A model generated the notes under the pieces. The model saw nothing but the letters and a program-made list of their open reading frames with translations. It was not told the DNA's origin and searched no databases. Below, one piece after another: positions 28,087 through 38,118 of a stretch of DNA of 64,000 nt (position 1 is the first letter of the stretch; every line of letters begins with the position of its first letter). This DNA comes from Salinivirgaceae bacterium. Its GTDB lineage: Bacteria; Bacteroidota; Bacteroidia; Bacteroidales; SZUA-534. The DNA lies in NCBI GenBank assembly GCA_041664345.1, contig JBAYKX010000019.1:13033-77032 (forward strand), written 5' to 3'. The position numbers were made by a program, and so were the translations under genes.

Positions 28087-30105
28087 TTATTTCAAAATCT
28101 TTTTTGTCGCAATAAGTTGATTGTCGCATTTAATTTGAAGCATGTACACACCTTTTTCTATCAAATCAGTATTTATGTCGAAAGAATTAAACCCATTTTT
28201 AAAAAGTGTTTGTTCTTTTTGTATCATTTGCCCTGCTAAATTGTAAAGAATGATATCACCTGTACCAGTAAGTTGGCTATTAAAATCAAGGGTAAATCTA
28301 TCAATTACAGGATTGGGATAAATATTCACCGTTGAAGTGTTTTGATTTGGAGCTATCGCCGTTCCGCTTTCATTGCCAAAATATCCTTTGAAAGTTCCGT
28401 CAGCAAGATTTATTTCCATTGTAAATGTGCGCACCGCAACCCTATTACTTATACCCAGCGTAACGTAATAGGTTTTTAATTCTTCGTAACTATGTATTGG
28501 GTCCTTTGCGGTGCTACTTGTACCATCGCCAAAATCCCAGTAACGATTATCAATAATTCCTTCTGATTTATCGTGGAAGATTACCATATTGCCATTAATT
28601 TCCGGAAAGAATAGTGCAGAAAGGTTAGAAACGGTATCATAATTACCAACCCAAACAAACATTTCAATTTTAGAGGCACAATTATCAAATGTGTTTATTC
28701 CCAGTGTTACTAAATATTCCCCTTGATTTGTGTATTGATGAATTGGATTCACTTCATTACTGGAAGTACCATCACCAAAATCCCATAAATTGTCAATTAT
28801 AGAACCATAAGATTGATTAATAAAAGTTACTTTGTTTTTAGTCTCGATAATTGGATAAAAATAGGCTTGACAAGATTCGGGTTCCCAAATAGAATCATCG
28901 ACATAATTGCCAACATAAACGTACTGTGAATAGCTACTGCTGCATGATTCATTAGCAATTTCAAGCGAAACCAAATAACTTCCTTCTTGTGTATAGCTAT
29001 GCCAAGGATTTTGTTCCTTGGAGAAATCGCCATCACCAAAATCCCATTTCCATTGGGTTGGATTACCAAAAGAATAATCGTAAAAATAAAGTGTATTCAA
29101 ATTGATTGTTGCAGTATCTCCGTTTGATGTAGTTGAGTCGCTCCAATTATAATAATCGTATCCAAACATTGCCTGACAAGGTGGCTCGTAATTTCCGACC
29201 CAAATTACTTGCGAATACCAATTTTCACAGCCTTCACCTGAAATGTATAAATACACATAATATTCACCAGGTGTTAAATAGGTGTGAACCGGATTTTGTT
29301 CTTCCGATGAAAATCCATCACCAAAATCCCATTTCCAATAGGTTGGGTTTCCATTGGAATAATCATGAAAATAGACTGTAAGTTGATTGTTTTCAGTACT
29401 ATCCATAAAGTATTCTGTTGAGTCATAATTGTATCCAAAATCATAATAAAACCAAGCCATACAGCCCGGTTCGGTATAACCAACATATATCCAATTTTGG
29501 ATAGAATTTTTACAATCAGGACCTGAAATAGTTAAGGTTACTAAGTATTCACCCGAGTTTGTGAATGTATGTATTGGGTTTTTATCATTAGAACCGGTAC
29601 CATCACCAAAATCCCAAAGCCAGTTATTAATAGTTCCGATGGATTGATCATAAAAATAAACCATGGAATAACTGCTATCAATAGTTCCATCGCTTGTAAA
29701 CACCGTATCATTCCAGCTTCCGGTATAATACTCAAAACGGGCCTCACAATTTGTTTCTGTTACGGAGTCAGCACAAACCTTGAATTCAACATAATTGGAT
29801 GAAGTATATGGATAGAATGATTTACTGAGTATGGTTCCGTAGCATGGATCGATTGTAAATACATTTACATAAAAGGAATCAGCCGATTCAAATTCGAAAT
29901 CCATGGAAAAAATACCATCACTATTTGTTTTGGTTGATAAGGTATCACCCGATAAAGGTTTAACAAAATAAACCCAATGATTGGTTTCAGGAGCATTTAC
30001 TTTTGCATTATAAACCATCCCCTGAATAGGGTGCGATAATGTTTCAAAGCTTATTGCCAATAAAAGGCAACAAAGCAGTAGAAAAGAAGGATTGATTGTT
30101 TTCAT
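28087..30105 (-). CDS. Multi-PKD-domain secreted protein with T9SS CTD
   Basis: It has five W(D/K)FGDG...NP.H.Y...G.Y.V.L PKD repeats. The DNA periodicity is visible as recurring ccatcaccaaaatccca between about 28520 and 29620. The C-terminal IYPNPVIDRFTLDF...MLQIKCDNQLIATKKILK is a CTD. Confidence 0.85.
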   Translation of the reverse strand: MKTINPSFLLLCCLLLAISFETLSHPIQGMVYNAKVNAPETNHWVYFVKPLSGDTLSTKTNSDGIFSMDFEFESADSFYVNVFTIDPCYGTILSKSFYPYTSSNYVEFKVCADSVTETNCEARFEYYTGSWNDTVFTSDGTIDSSYSMVYFYDQSIGTINNWLWDFGDGTGSNDKNPIHTFTNSGEYLVTLTISGPDCKNSIQNWIYVGYTEPGCMAWFYYDFGYNYDSTEYFMDSTENNQLTVYFHDYSNGNPTYWKWDFGDGFSSEEQNPVHTYLTPGEYYVYLYISGEGCENWYSQVIWVGNYEPPCQAMFGYDYYNWSDSTTSNGDTATINLNTLYFYDYSFGNPTQWKWDFGDGDFSKEQNPWHSYTQEGSYLVSLEIANESCSSSYSQYVYVGNYVDDSIWEPESCQAYFYPIIETKNKVTFINQSYGSIIDNLWDFGDGTSSNEVNPIHQYTNQGEYLVTLGINTFDNCASKIEMFVWVGNYDTVSNLSALFFPEINGNMVIFHDKSEGIIDNRYWDFGDGTSSTAKDPIHSYEELKTYYVTLGISNRVAVRTFTMEINLADGTFKGYFGNESGTAIAPNQNTSTVNIYPNPVIDRFTLDFNSQLTGTGDIILYNLAGQMIQKEQTLFKNGFNSFDINTDLIEKGVYMLQIKCDNQLIATKKILK

Positions 30106-30584
30106 CCGTAAATAATTTTTAGTTCATTGAATATCAATTGTTTCGTACGAATGGAACACCCCATGTAAATTTTCATCCGTTTTTGTGCAGTTTCCTGCAT
30201 GGGGGTTTCATAGTAGGTTTTATTAATACACTATATTAGAACAAGAATGTTATAAAAAGGTTGCGTTAGTTTAAAATTAAATTATTGGATATTAGATATA
30301 TAGTGTCAATAAGAAAACTCCAAAAATCATCCCGATAGCTATCGGGACAAAAAACAATAAAGAACCAAAACTCAAAACTTAGATATTACTATTCAAATAG
30401 AATCTAATAAGCTAATCTAAAAACAACTTAAATTTTGTGTAAAAATTTCTTTCATTTCCACAATATTTTTGGATTCTATCTTGTTATATATTCATTGAAG
30501 TATCAAATTATTACCTATTTTTTATTTAATATTGTGAATTAAATTACTACTACTGTAACTACTACATTAAAAAGATTTACTGTT

Positions 30585-31148
30585 ATGACACGTCGTTTGA
30601 GGAAAATGGACGATGAGGTATGGAAAATAATACCTTTCGCCGATAAACATTATGAAGCCAGTAATTATGGACGAATTAAAAGCTTTTGCTGCAATAAAGT
30701 GGAAGGCCGCATGATAAAACCCGGAGTAATTAAAGGTTTTTTAAACGTTAGCTTTATGTCGGAAGGCAAAAAGAAATCGTTTCTGGTTCATAAAATTACC
30801 GCTGAATTGTTTGTTGAAAAGATAAATGAAAATCAGAACACGGTCATTCATTTGGATTGGAACAAAAGTAACAATCACTTTACCAATTTAGAATGGGCAA
30901 CCAAAGAAGAAGCCTATACCAGAATGTTTCAGCGCATTCATGAAAAAAGGAGGAACAATCCTGAAAAAACAATAACCTATTCAAAATTGAATACTGAAGA
31001 TGTGTCGCGGATAAAATCGATGTTGAATCGCGGAATTACTCAAAATATAATAGCTAAATTATTTTGCGTGAGCGAGATGCAGATAACAAGAATTAAGAGA
31101 GGGGAGAACTGGGCGCAAATAAAGGCTGTTGAAGAAGTAGCTGTTTAA
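30585..31148 (+). CDS. NUMOD4-motif / HNH-like homing-endonuclease-family protein with C-terminal HTH
   Basis: It has EVWKIIPFADKHYEASNYGRIKSF (NUMOD4 pattern), HLDWNKSNNHFTNLEW (HNH_3-like) and a C-terminal HTH-like region. Confidence 0.7.
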   Translation: MTRRLRKMDDEVWKIIPFADKHYEASNYGRIKSFCCNKVEGRMIKPGVIKGFLNVSFMSEGKKKSFLVHKITAELFVEKINENQNTVIHLDWNKSNNHFTNLEWATKEEAYTRMFQRIHEKRRNNPEKTITYSKLNTEDVSRIKSMLNRGITQNIIAKLFCVSEMQITRIKRGENWAQIKAVEEVAV

Positions 31149-31182
31149 AGTAGGTTGCTGTTGATGAAAAATAGTATATTTG

Positions 31183-31213
31183 CCCGCTCCTTACTAATTG
31201 GAGCGGGTTTTTT
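31183..31213 (+). terminator. Intrinsic terminator
   Basis: The stem cccgctcc/ggagcggg is followed by T6. A TATATTTG box lies immediately upstream (31175..31182). The mtaB ATG is 10 nt downstream. Confidence 0.7.
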
Positions 31214-31222
31214 ATAATAAAA

Positions 31223-32521
31223 ATGAAGATAAAAAAAGTAGCCTTTACTACCTTAGGGTGCAAACTCAATTTCTCAGAAACATCGGGAATTGCCCATCAA
31301 TTTGAAGTGGCCGGTTTTGAACGTGTTGGAGAGGATGAATTGGCCGATGTTTTTGTAATTAACACGTGCACCGTTACTGAGTTAGCGAATAAAAAGAGTA
31401 AACAGGCTATTCGTAAAATTATAAATAAAAATCCATTAGCAACCATAGTTGCCGTTGGTTGCTATTCGCAATTAAAGCCCGATGAGGTGGCATCCATTGA
31501 AGGGGTTAATTTAGTGCTTGGTTCTGAAAACAAATTTCAAATATTGGAGGAACTTCAAAAACTGAACGGTAACAATGAACCCAAAATATTAATTGGTACA
31601 AATCAGCAAAAAGCATTTACCCCAACCTATTCATTTGGAGACAGAACCCGAAGCTTTTTAAAAGTTCAGGACGGATGTGATTATTATTGCTCATATTGCG
31701 CAATACCCAATGCAAGGGGTAGAAGTAGGAATAACTCTATTGCAGAAACGTTAGAAATTGCTGCTGAAATTGTATCAAAAGGAGTAAAAGAAATTATATT
31801 AACTGGAGTAAATATTGGTGATTTTGGTAAAGCATCGGGTGAGAATTTTTTTAGTTTAATTCTTGCCTTAGAAAAATTACCTGGTTTGGAACGACTGAGA
31901 ATTTCTTCCATAGAGCCAAATTTGTTAACCGATGAAATAGTGCAACTGGTTTCAAATTCACACATCGTATTGCCACATTTCCACATTCCGCTCCAATGTG
32001 GAACCGATAATTTGCTTCGATTGATGAGACGCAGATATACCACTGTGCTATACCGAAAAAAAATTGAAACCATAAAACGACTCATGCCCCACGCATGCAT
32101 TGCTGCTGATGTGATAGTAGGAGTACCTGGTGAAACTGAAGATGAATTTGAAAAAACCTTACGTTTTATTGATAGTATTGATATTTCGTATCTGCATGTA
32201 TTTACCTATTCGGAGCGGGAAAATACCTTAGCCGTTAAAATGGAAAATCAAGTACCACTAAACATAAGAAAAGAACGAAGTAAACTAATGCATGATTTGG
32301 CTCTTAAAAAGCAAACCATTTTTCAGGAACAACATTTGGGTACCCTGCGTGAAGTGCTCTTTGAAGCTGAAGAAAACCAAAAAATAATGGGAGGATTTAC
32401 CGATAATTACATTCGGGTTGAAGTTCCTTTTTCATTTAACCTGGTTAATACAATCCGCAAGGTGCAACTAGTTAAAATAAATAGCCGCGGTAATGTTACC
32501 GGCAAATTAATTGAAATGTGA
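31223..32521 (+). CDS. mtaB: MiaB/MtaB-family tRNA methylthiotransferase (MtaB-like)
   Basis: It has a UPF0004 N-domain (TLGCKLNFSE), the radical SAM motif CDYYCSYC and a C-terminal TRAM-like domain. Confidence 0.8.
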   Translation: MKIKKVAFTTLGCKLNFSETSGIAHQFEVAGFERVGEDELADVFVINTCTVTELANKKSKQAIRKIINKNPLATIVAVGCYSQLKPDEVASIEGVNLVLGSENKFQILEELQKLNGNNEPKILIGTNQQKAFTPTYSFGDRTRSFLKVQDGCDYYCSYCAIPNARGRSRNNSIAETLEIAAEIVSKGVKEIILTGVNIGDFGKASGENFFSLILALEKLPGLERLRISSIEPNLLTDEIVQLVSNSHIVLPHFHIPLQCGTDNLLRLMRRRYTTVLYRKKIETIKRLMPHACIAADVIVGVPGETEDEFEKTLRFIDSIDISYLHVFTYSERENTLAVKMENQVPLNIRKERSKLMHDLALKKQTIFQEQHLGTLREVLFEAEENQKIMGGFTDNYIRVEVPFSFNLVNTIRKVQLVKINSRGNVTGKLIEM

Positions 32522-32524
32522 GGT

Positions 32525-33331
32525 ATGGATTATAAACTAATAACTTTAAAAGTTATCGATCTGGCAAAAATAGCCGGTACTTTTATTCTTGAACAGAGGA
32601 AGCAATTTACTGCCGATAGGATTGAAATAAAAGGAAAGCAGGATTTTGTGTCGTATGTTGATAAAGAAACTGAAAAAATGCTGGTTTATGGACTTCGAAC
32701 TATTATTCCTGGTTCCGGATTTATTGTTGAAGAGAAGACGGCCAATCACAGTAACGAAGAATTCATTTGGGTAGTTGATCCTTTAGATGGAACCACGAAT
32801 TTCATTCATGGCATAACCCCTTTTGCCATTAGCATCGCTTTAATGCAGAATAATAAAACGGTAGTTGGTGTAATTTATGAATTGGGGCAAAAAGAAATCT
32901 TCTATTCATGGAAAGAAGCCGGGGTATATTGTAATGAAAAACTGGTTACGATATCCAAAGCAACTGCAATTTCAGATGGATTAATTTCTACAGGATTTCA
33001 TATCAATGACAACTCCCGATTAGAAGGTCAATTGCAAACGGTATTTGAAATAGTTAGTAATTCGCATGGCATACGCAGGCCAGGTTCTGCAGCTACCGAT
33101 TTGGCTTATGTTGCAGCCGGTCGGTTCGATGGTTTTTTTGAATACGGATTAAGTCCTTGGGATGTTGCTGCTGGTGCTTTTTTGGTGGAGCAAGCGGGTG
33201 GAAAAGTATCAGATTATTCCGGTACCCAAAATTACCTGAATGGGCGCGAAATTATTGCCGGAACGCCCGGTGTACATGAAAACTTATTGCAACTGATACA
33301 GAAGAATTCGAATCAAGATGTAATTAAATAG
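32525..33331 (+). CDS. Inositol monophosphatase family protein
   Basis: It has the WVVDPLDGTTNF and WDVAAG motifs. Confidence 0.9.
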   Translation: MDYKLITLKVIDLAKIAGTFILEQRKQFTADRIEIKGKQDFVSYVDKETEKMLVYGLRTIIPGSGFIVEEKTANHSNEEFIWVVDPLDGTTNFIHGITPFAISIALMQNNKTVVGVIYELGQKEIFYSWKEAGVYCNEKLVTISKATAISDGLISTGFHINDNSRLEGQLQTVFEIVSNSHGIRRPGSAATDLAYVAAGRFDGFFEYGLSPWDVAAGAFLVEQAGGKVSDYSGTQNYLNGREIIAGTPGVHENLLQLIQKNSNQDVIK

Positions 33332-33385
33332 CGGGTTTTAATACATATTGTTATAAATTTATACGGAATATAAAATACTTACTTT

Positions 33386-34846
33386 ATGAATAAGGTCGTT
33401 TTTGCACTGATTTTAAGTCAGTTTTTGTTTTTGAATAAAAGTACAAAAGCTCAGGAAGTTGATGCATATTTTTATTATGCTCCTTTTTATGTTCCCGGAA
33501 GCGGAACATATATAGAAACTTATTTGGCATTTGCCGGCCATTCAATGCGCTATTTGCTCAACACCGATAACGTGTTACAGGCATCAGCAGAAGTTACCCT
33601 ATTATTTAAAAATGATGCTGATATTGTTGAATACCGGAAATTTAAAGTAGTGAGCCCGGGTTTGCCGGACACGACCTCAGTTTTTCCAAGTTTTATTGAT
33701 CAACATCGAATCATGATTCCCGAGGGTGTTTATAACTTTGAATTAACTGTACACGATATTAATGCGCCCGATAGCATAAAACCCTTTGAATTGAGTGAGT
33801 TAATAACGGTTCATATTCCTCAGGATGAAATCGCATTCAGCGGAATTGAGCTCATTGAGAGGTATGAAGCAACTCAGAAACAAAACATTTTTGTAAAAAA
33901 TGGTTATGAATGCATTCCTTATGTTTCTGATTTTTTTCCTAATCAGATAAACCAGATGAAATTTTATGCCGAGTTATATAATGCAGCTGCCAGTTTAGGT
34001 CCGTTGGAAGATTTTCTTTTTCAATTTCACATTGAAAGCAGCAATACCCATAAACCAATAAAAGAGTATAGTTCCTTTCAAAAGCAAAAAGCCCAAAATG
34101 TAAATGTGGTTTTCAATGAAATTAATATATCAAAGTTACCTACGGGCAATTATTACTTGGTTGTTGAAGTAAGAGATCGTCAAAATAAACAGATTCTTGA
34201 AGCAAGGAAATTTTTTCAGCGGAAGAATAATTATGAGGCTACTCCAGTCAATGACATAGCAGCCATTGAGGTGCTGAATACATTTGCTGCAAAATATACT
34301 AACCGCGATACCCTCGCTATCTATTTAAGTTCACTACGTCCTATTTGCGATATAGCTGAGAACCGATTTATTGATAATCAGTTGGTTGCGGCCAATTTAA
34401 AATTGATGCAGCAATATTTTTATAGTTTTTGGCAAAAGAGGAATGAACTGAATCCGGAATTGGCTTGGAATGAATACCGTTTAAACCTAAATGTGGTAGA
34501 ACAAAAATTCAGCAGCCAGCAAAAGCACGGTTTTGCTACCGATAGGGGAAGGGTTTATTTGCAATACGGACCGCCCAGTTCGGTAATTGAAGAAAAAAAC
34601 GAACCGAATGCTTATCCCTACGAAATATGGCATTATTATAAAATAGCCGACCAAACCGATAGAAAATTTATTTTTTACAACAAAACCTTGCTCAGTCAGG
34701 ATTATGAATTGTTGAATTCTACCATGAAAGGGGAGCTGAGCAATTCCTATTGGGAAAGTGAATTGTATTCCCGTTCTGGAAATTGGGTTGAAAGTAACTT
34801 AAAAGCCAATAAAAGTAAGGCACGCGAATTATTTGAGGGAAAATAA
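33386..34846 (+). CDS. GWxTD domain protein
   Basis: It has a signal peptide. HGFATDRGRVYLQYGPPSSV matches the GWxTD signature region. Confidence 0.65.
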   Translation: MNKVVFALILSQFLFLNKSTKAQEVDAYFYYAPFYVPGSGTYIETYLAFAGHSMRYLLNTDNVLQASAEVTLLFKNDADIVEYRKFKVVSPGLPDTTSVFPSFIDQHRIMIPEGVYNFELTVHDINAPDSIKPFELSELITVHIPQDEIAFSGIELIERYEATQKQNIFVKNGYECIPYVSDFFPNQINQMKFYAELYNAAASLGPLEDFLFQFHIESSNTHKPIKEYSSFQKQKAQNVNVVFNEINISKLPTGNYYLVVEVRDRQNKQILEARKFFQRKNNYEATPVNDIAAIEVLNTFAAKYTNRDTLAIYLSSLRPICDIAENRFIDNQLVAANLKLMQQYFYSFWQKRNELNPELAWNEYRLNLNVVEQKFSSQQKHGFATDRGRVYLQYGPPSSVIEEKNEPNAYPYEIWHYYKIADQTDRKFIFYNKTLLSQDYELLNSTMKGELSNSYWESELYSRSGNWVESNLKANKSKARELFEGK

Positions 34847-35734
34847 ATGACAACGGTTCAACGAATCCGATATATTCTGGTATTGGCAACGTTTAGGTTG
34901 CTTACACTTTTGCCCTTAAAACTGCTGTTTTTAATTTCAGAACTCATTACTTTTATTGTTTACCGTTCAATTGGTTACCGGAAGCAGGTAGTGTTGTCAA
35001 ATATTCAGAATTCCTTTCCCGATTTTACCACAGAAAAAGTAAAATTTGTGGCTCGGAAATATTACCGGCACTTATCGGTGATGATGGTGGAGAATATTTA
35101 TCTGCGGTTTGTTTCCGAAAAAAACTTCCAGAAGATGCTGATTCTTGATGATTCTTCAATTTTCGATATTTTTTGGAAGCAAAAGAAAAGCATTATCGTA
35201 ATGATGGGGCATTTTGGTAATTGGGAATTTGGTGCCGGACTTATACGGCTACTTCCATTCAAAGGTGCTGCCGTTTATAAACAGTTGTCGGATCCGGTAT
35301 TCGATAAAATATATTTTGATATAAGAAGCCGCTTAGGGGTTGAACCGATTGAAATGAAAGAAGTTTTCAGAAAAGTTCATCAAATAGCTCAAGAGCCAAA
35401 ACCTACTATTCTATTCATGGTAGCCGATCAAGCACCATCAAATAGTGAATCGCAGCAATGGCTAACGTTTCTAAATCAGGAAACCAGTGTTTTTTCCGGA
35501 TCGGAAAAATTAGCTAAAAAGTTTGATATGCCGGTGATATTCATAAAGCTCATGCGGGTGAAAAAGGGAACTTACCGGGTTATTCCTACGTTAATTACTG
35601 CTAATCCAAAAGAAACCATGCCTTTTGAGATAACCAAAACCTATTATGAATTGCTTGAAGAATCGATAGTTGACGCTCCGCGATTCTGGTTGTGGTCGCA
35701 TCGCAGGTGGAAGCATCAGCGATTTACTGCTTGA
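34847..35734 (+). CDS. Lipid A biosynthesis (LpxL/HtrB-family) acyltransferase
   Basis: It has an N-terminal TM helix and the MGHFGNWE catalytic motif. Its ATG overlaps the upstream stop. Confidence 0.75.
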   Translation: MTTVQRIRYILVLATFRLLTLLPLKLLFLISELITFIVYRSIGYRKQVVLSNIQNSFPDFTTEKVKFVARKYYRHLSVMMVENIYLRFVSEKNFQKMLILDDSSIFDIFWKQKKSIIVMMGHFGNWEFGAGLIRLLPFKGAAVYKQLSDPVFDKIYFDIRSRLGVEPIEMKEVFRKVHQIAQEPKPTILFMVADQAPSNSESQQWLTFLNQETSVFSGSEKLAKKFDMPVIFIKLMRVKKGTYRVIPTLITANPKETMPFEITKTYYELLEESIVDAPRFWLWSHRRWKHQRFTA

Positions 35735-35822
35735 TAACTCATGGCAAAGATTAGCAAATTGATTTGAAACCAATAGAAAAAATGTACTTTTAAGGCTTGT
35801 TTAAAATTCAAAAACATGATGA

Positions 35823-36857
35823 ATGGCTAAAGTTGCAATTGTAATCCTAAACTGGAATGGAAAGCATTATCTGGAAAAATATTTACCCTCGGTAACTAAT
35901 TTTTCAGTTGGAGAAGGTATTGAAATATGGATTGCTGACAACGGCTCGACCGATGATAGCCTTGTTTTTTTGAAAAACAACTATCCACAAATAAAAATAC
36001 TGGCATTTGAAATGAATTATGGATTTACAGGTGGATATAACAAAGCATTAGCACTTATTAAGGCAGAATATTATGTTTTGCTGAATTCCGATATTGAAGT
36101 TACTGAAAACTGGATTGAGCCCATTATTACCTACATGGATACCCATTTGAAGGTTGCGGCTGCAATGCCTAAAATACGCTCCTACCATGAAAAAAACATG
36201 TTTGAATATTCAGGAGCAGCCGGTGGTTTTATCGATAAATTAGGATTTCCATTTTGCCGGGGACGTATTTTGAGCGAAATTGAGGAAGATTTGGGGCAAT
36301 ATGACGATGCAAAAGAAATTTTTTGGGCTACCGGAGCTTGTATGTTTGTTCGTGCTAAATTGTATCAAGAATTGGGTGGACTTGATGAAGATTTTTTTGC
36401 CCACATGGAAGAAATTGATTTATGCTGGCGATTTAAAAACAATGGATTTAAAATAATGTACCTGCCACAATCCTTGGTTTATCATGTGGGAGGGGGAACG
36501 TTGCCAAACAACAATCCACGCAAGCTTTTTTATAATTATAGAAACAACTTATTCCTGCTTTACAAAAATATCCCCAGTGGCTCATTCCGGTGGATTCTTT
36601 TTTTTAGGTTGATAGTTGATGGGGCATCAGCAATTATGTATTTATTGCAAGGTAAATTTTCGTTTTTTTTAGCGGTTCCAAAAGCCCATTTTGCATTTTA
36701 TAAATCGTTAGGTAAATTCCGTATCAAGCGGAAAGAGATAAAAAAACACCGTATGTTAATTAAGCATCCTCAAATTTTTCAGCAAAGTATTATCTTTTCC
36801 TACTTTGTTCGCAAAACCCGAAAATTCAATCAATTGAGCCCTAAAGGATGGAACTAA
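35823..36857 (+). CDS. Family 2 glycosyltransferase
   Basis: It has VAIVILNWNG, DNGSTDDS and a DxD-like region (LNSDIEV), followed by C-terminal TM helices. Confidence 0.85.
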   Translation: MAKVAIVILNWNGKHYLEKYLPSVTNFSVGEGIEIWIADNGSTDDSLVFLKNNYPQIKILAFEMNYGFTGGYNKALALIKAEYYVLLNSDIEVTENWIEPIITYMDTHLKVAAAMPKIRSYHEKNMFEYSGAAGGFIDKLGFPFCRGRILSEIEEDLGQYDDAKEIFWATGACMFVRAKLYQELGGLDEDFFAHMEEIDLCWRFKNNGFKIMYLPQSLVYHVGGGTLPNNNPRKLFYNYRNNLFLLYKNIPSGSFRWILFFRLIVDGASAIMYLLQGKFSFFLAVPKAHFAFYKSLGKFRIKRKEIKKHRMLIKHPQIFQQSIIFSYFVRKTRKFNQLSPKGWN

Positions 36858-36999
36858 TTCCATTTTCCTTAAAAAAATTCTATGTTATTTATCAGTCGGC
36901 AACGTGTTATAAAAGCAATATTTTGCGAAAAATAGATTTGTAACTTTGGGCGTTTTATCGAACACCGTAAAGTGCTAATAACAAGTAAATCTAACTGAC

Positions 37000-37911
37000 A
37001 TGTTTAACAAAATGATTGCAGCCATGCTGCCCTATATGCCAAAAAAAATGATTTGGATTTTTTCCAAGCGTTACATTGCCGGCGAAACAATAAATGATGC
37101 TATAAAAGCATCAAAAGAATTGAATAAGAAGGGAATGGTGGTTACCCTTGATATTCTGGGAGAGTTTATTAAGAATTTAAACGAAGCTGAAAAAAACCGG
37201 GATGAATACCTGAATCTTATTGATGTGATTGAAAAGGAGGGAATTCAAGGGAACTATTCTGTAAAACCAACCATGTTTGGCTTGTTGCTTGATGAAGATA
37301 TTTGTTTTCAACACATTCGAGCCATTGTAGCAAAAGCAGCATCGTATAACAATTTTATTAGGGTTGATATGGAAGACTCGCCCTGTACAACCAAAACCAT
37401 TAATTTATATCGCAAACTAAAAGCCGAATTTCCAAAGAACTGTGGATTAGTGGTTCAAGCATACATGAAACGTACGTTGCAGGATATAACCGATTTATTA
37501 GATATTCACAGCAATGAAAACCCAATAAACTACCGGTTGTGCAAAGGTATTTATGTGGAACCTGCTGCAATTGCCTACAAAAAATATGACGAAATAAATG
37601 AGAACTATCTGAAAGATTTAGAGTTCATGTTCCAAAAAGGAATTTATCCCGCAATTGCAACCCATGATAAACCGTTAATAGAAGGTGCTTATAAATTAAT
37701 CGAAAAGTATAAGGTTCCCAAGGACAGATATGAGTTTCAGATGCTTTACGGAGTTACACCTGAATTGCGCCAAACTATAGTAGATGCTGGACATAAAGTT
37801 CGTGTATATGTTCCTTTTGGTAAACAATGGTTTGGTTATTCAACCCGCCGGCTAAAAGAAAATCCGAAAATGGCAAGTCATATTATAAAAGCACTTTTTA
37901 TAAGAGGATAA
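37000..37911 (+). CDS. Proline dehydrogenase (monofunctional)
   Basis: 303 aa in the stand-alone PRODH barrel family. It has the C-terminal YGYSTRRLKENP motif. Confidence 0.8.
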   Translation: MFNKMIAAMLPYMPKKMIWIFSKRYIAGETINDAIKASKELNKKGMVVTLDILGEFIKNLNEAEKNRDEYLNLIDVIEKEGIQGNYSVKPTMFGLLLDEDICFQHIRAIVAKAASYNNFIRVDMEDSPCTTKTINLYRKLKAEFPKNCGLVVQAYMKRTLQDITDLLDIHSNENPINYRLCKGIYVEPAAIAYKKYDEINENYLKDLEFMFQKGIYPAIATHDKPLIEGAYKLIEKYKVPKDRYEFQMLYGVTPELRQTIVDAGHKVRVYVPFGKQWFGYSTRRLKENPKMASHIIKALFIRG

Positions 37912-37933
37912 ACTACCGTTACTCAGTGAGGAG

Positions 37934-37969
37934 CCACATTATTTTTCGAATAGTGTGGATTTTTTTTTA
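37934..37969 (+). terminator. Intrinsic terminator
   Basis: The stem ccacattatt/aatagtgtgg is followed by T9. Confidence 0.75.
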
Positions 37970-38118
37970 TCACCTCACCACTTTCGAGTTTTATTTTTCC
38001 GATTTGTTATTATTGTTAGGAATGTATTTAAATTAGTTTGCTTAAATTCACTAGCATAAACGATTAAAACTTTTCAAATTGAGTTTTAATTGAAACTGTT
38101 GATAATAATTTAAAAATT

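Noticed and set aside
28500-29650. Regularly spaced DNA repeats (recurring ccatcaccaaaatccca about every 255-290 nt) that superficially resemble a repeat array.
   Set aside because: They lie inside a continuous 672-aa ORF and correspond to the WDFGDG motif of five PKD domains. They are intragenic domain repeats, not a CRISPR array or a satellite.
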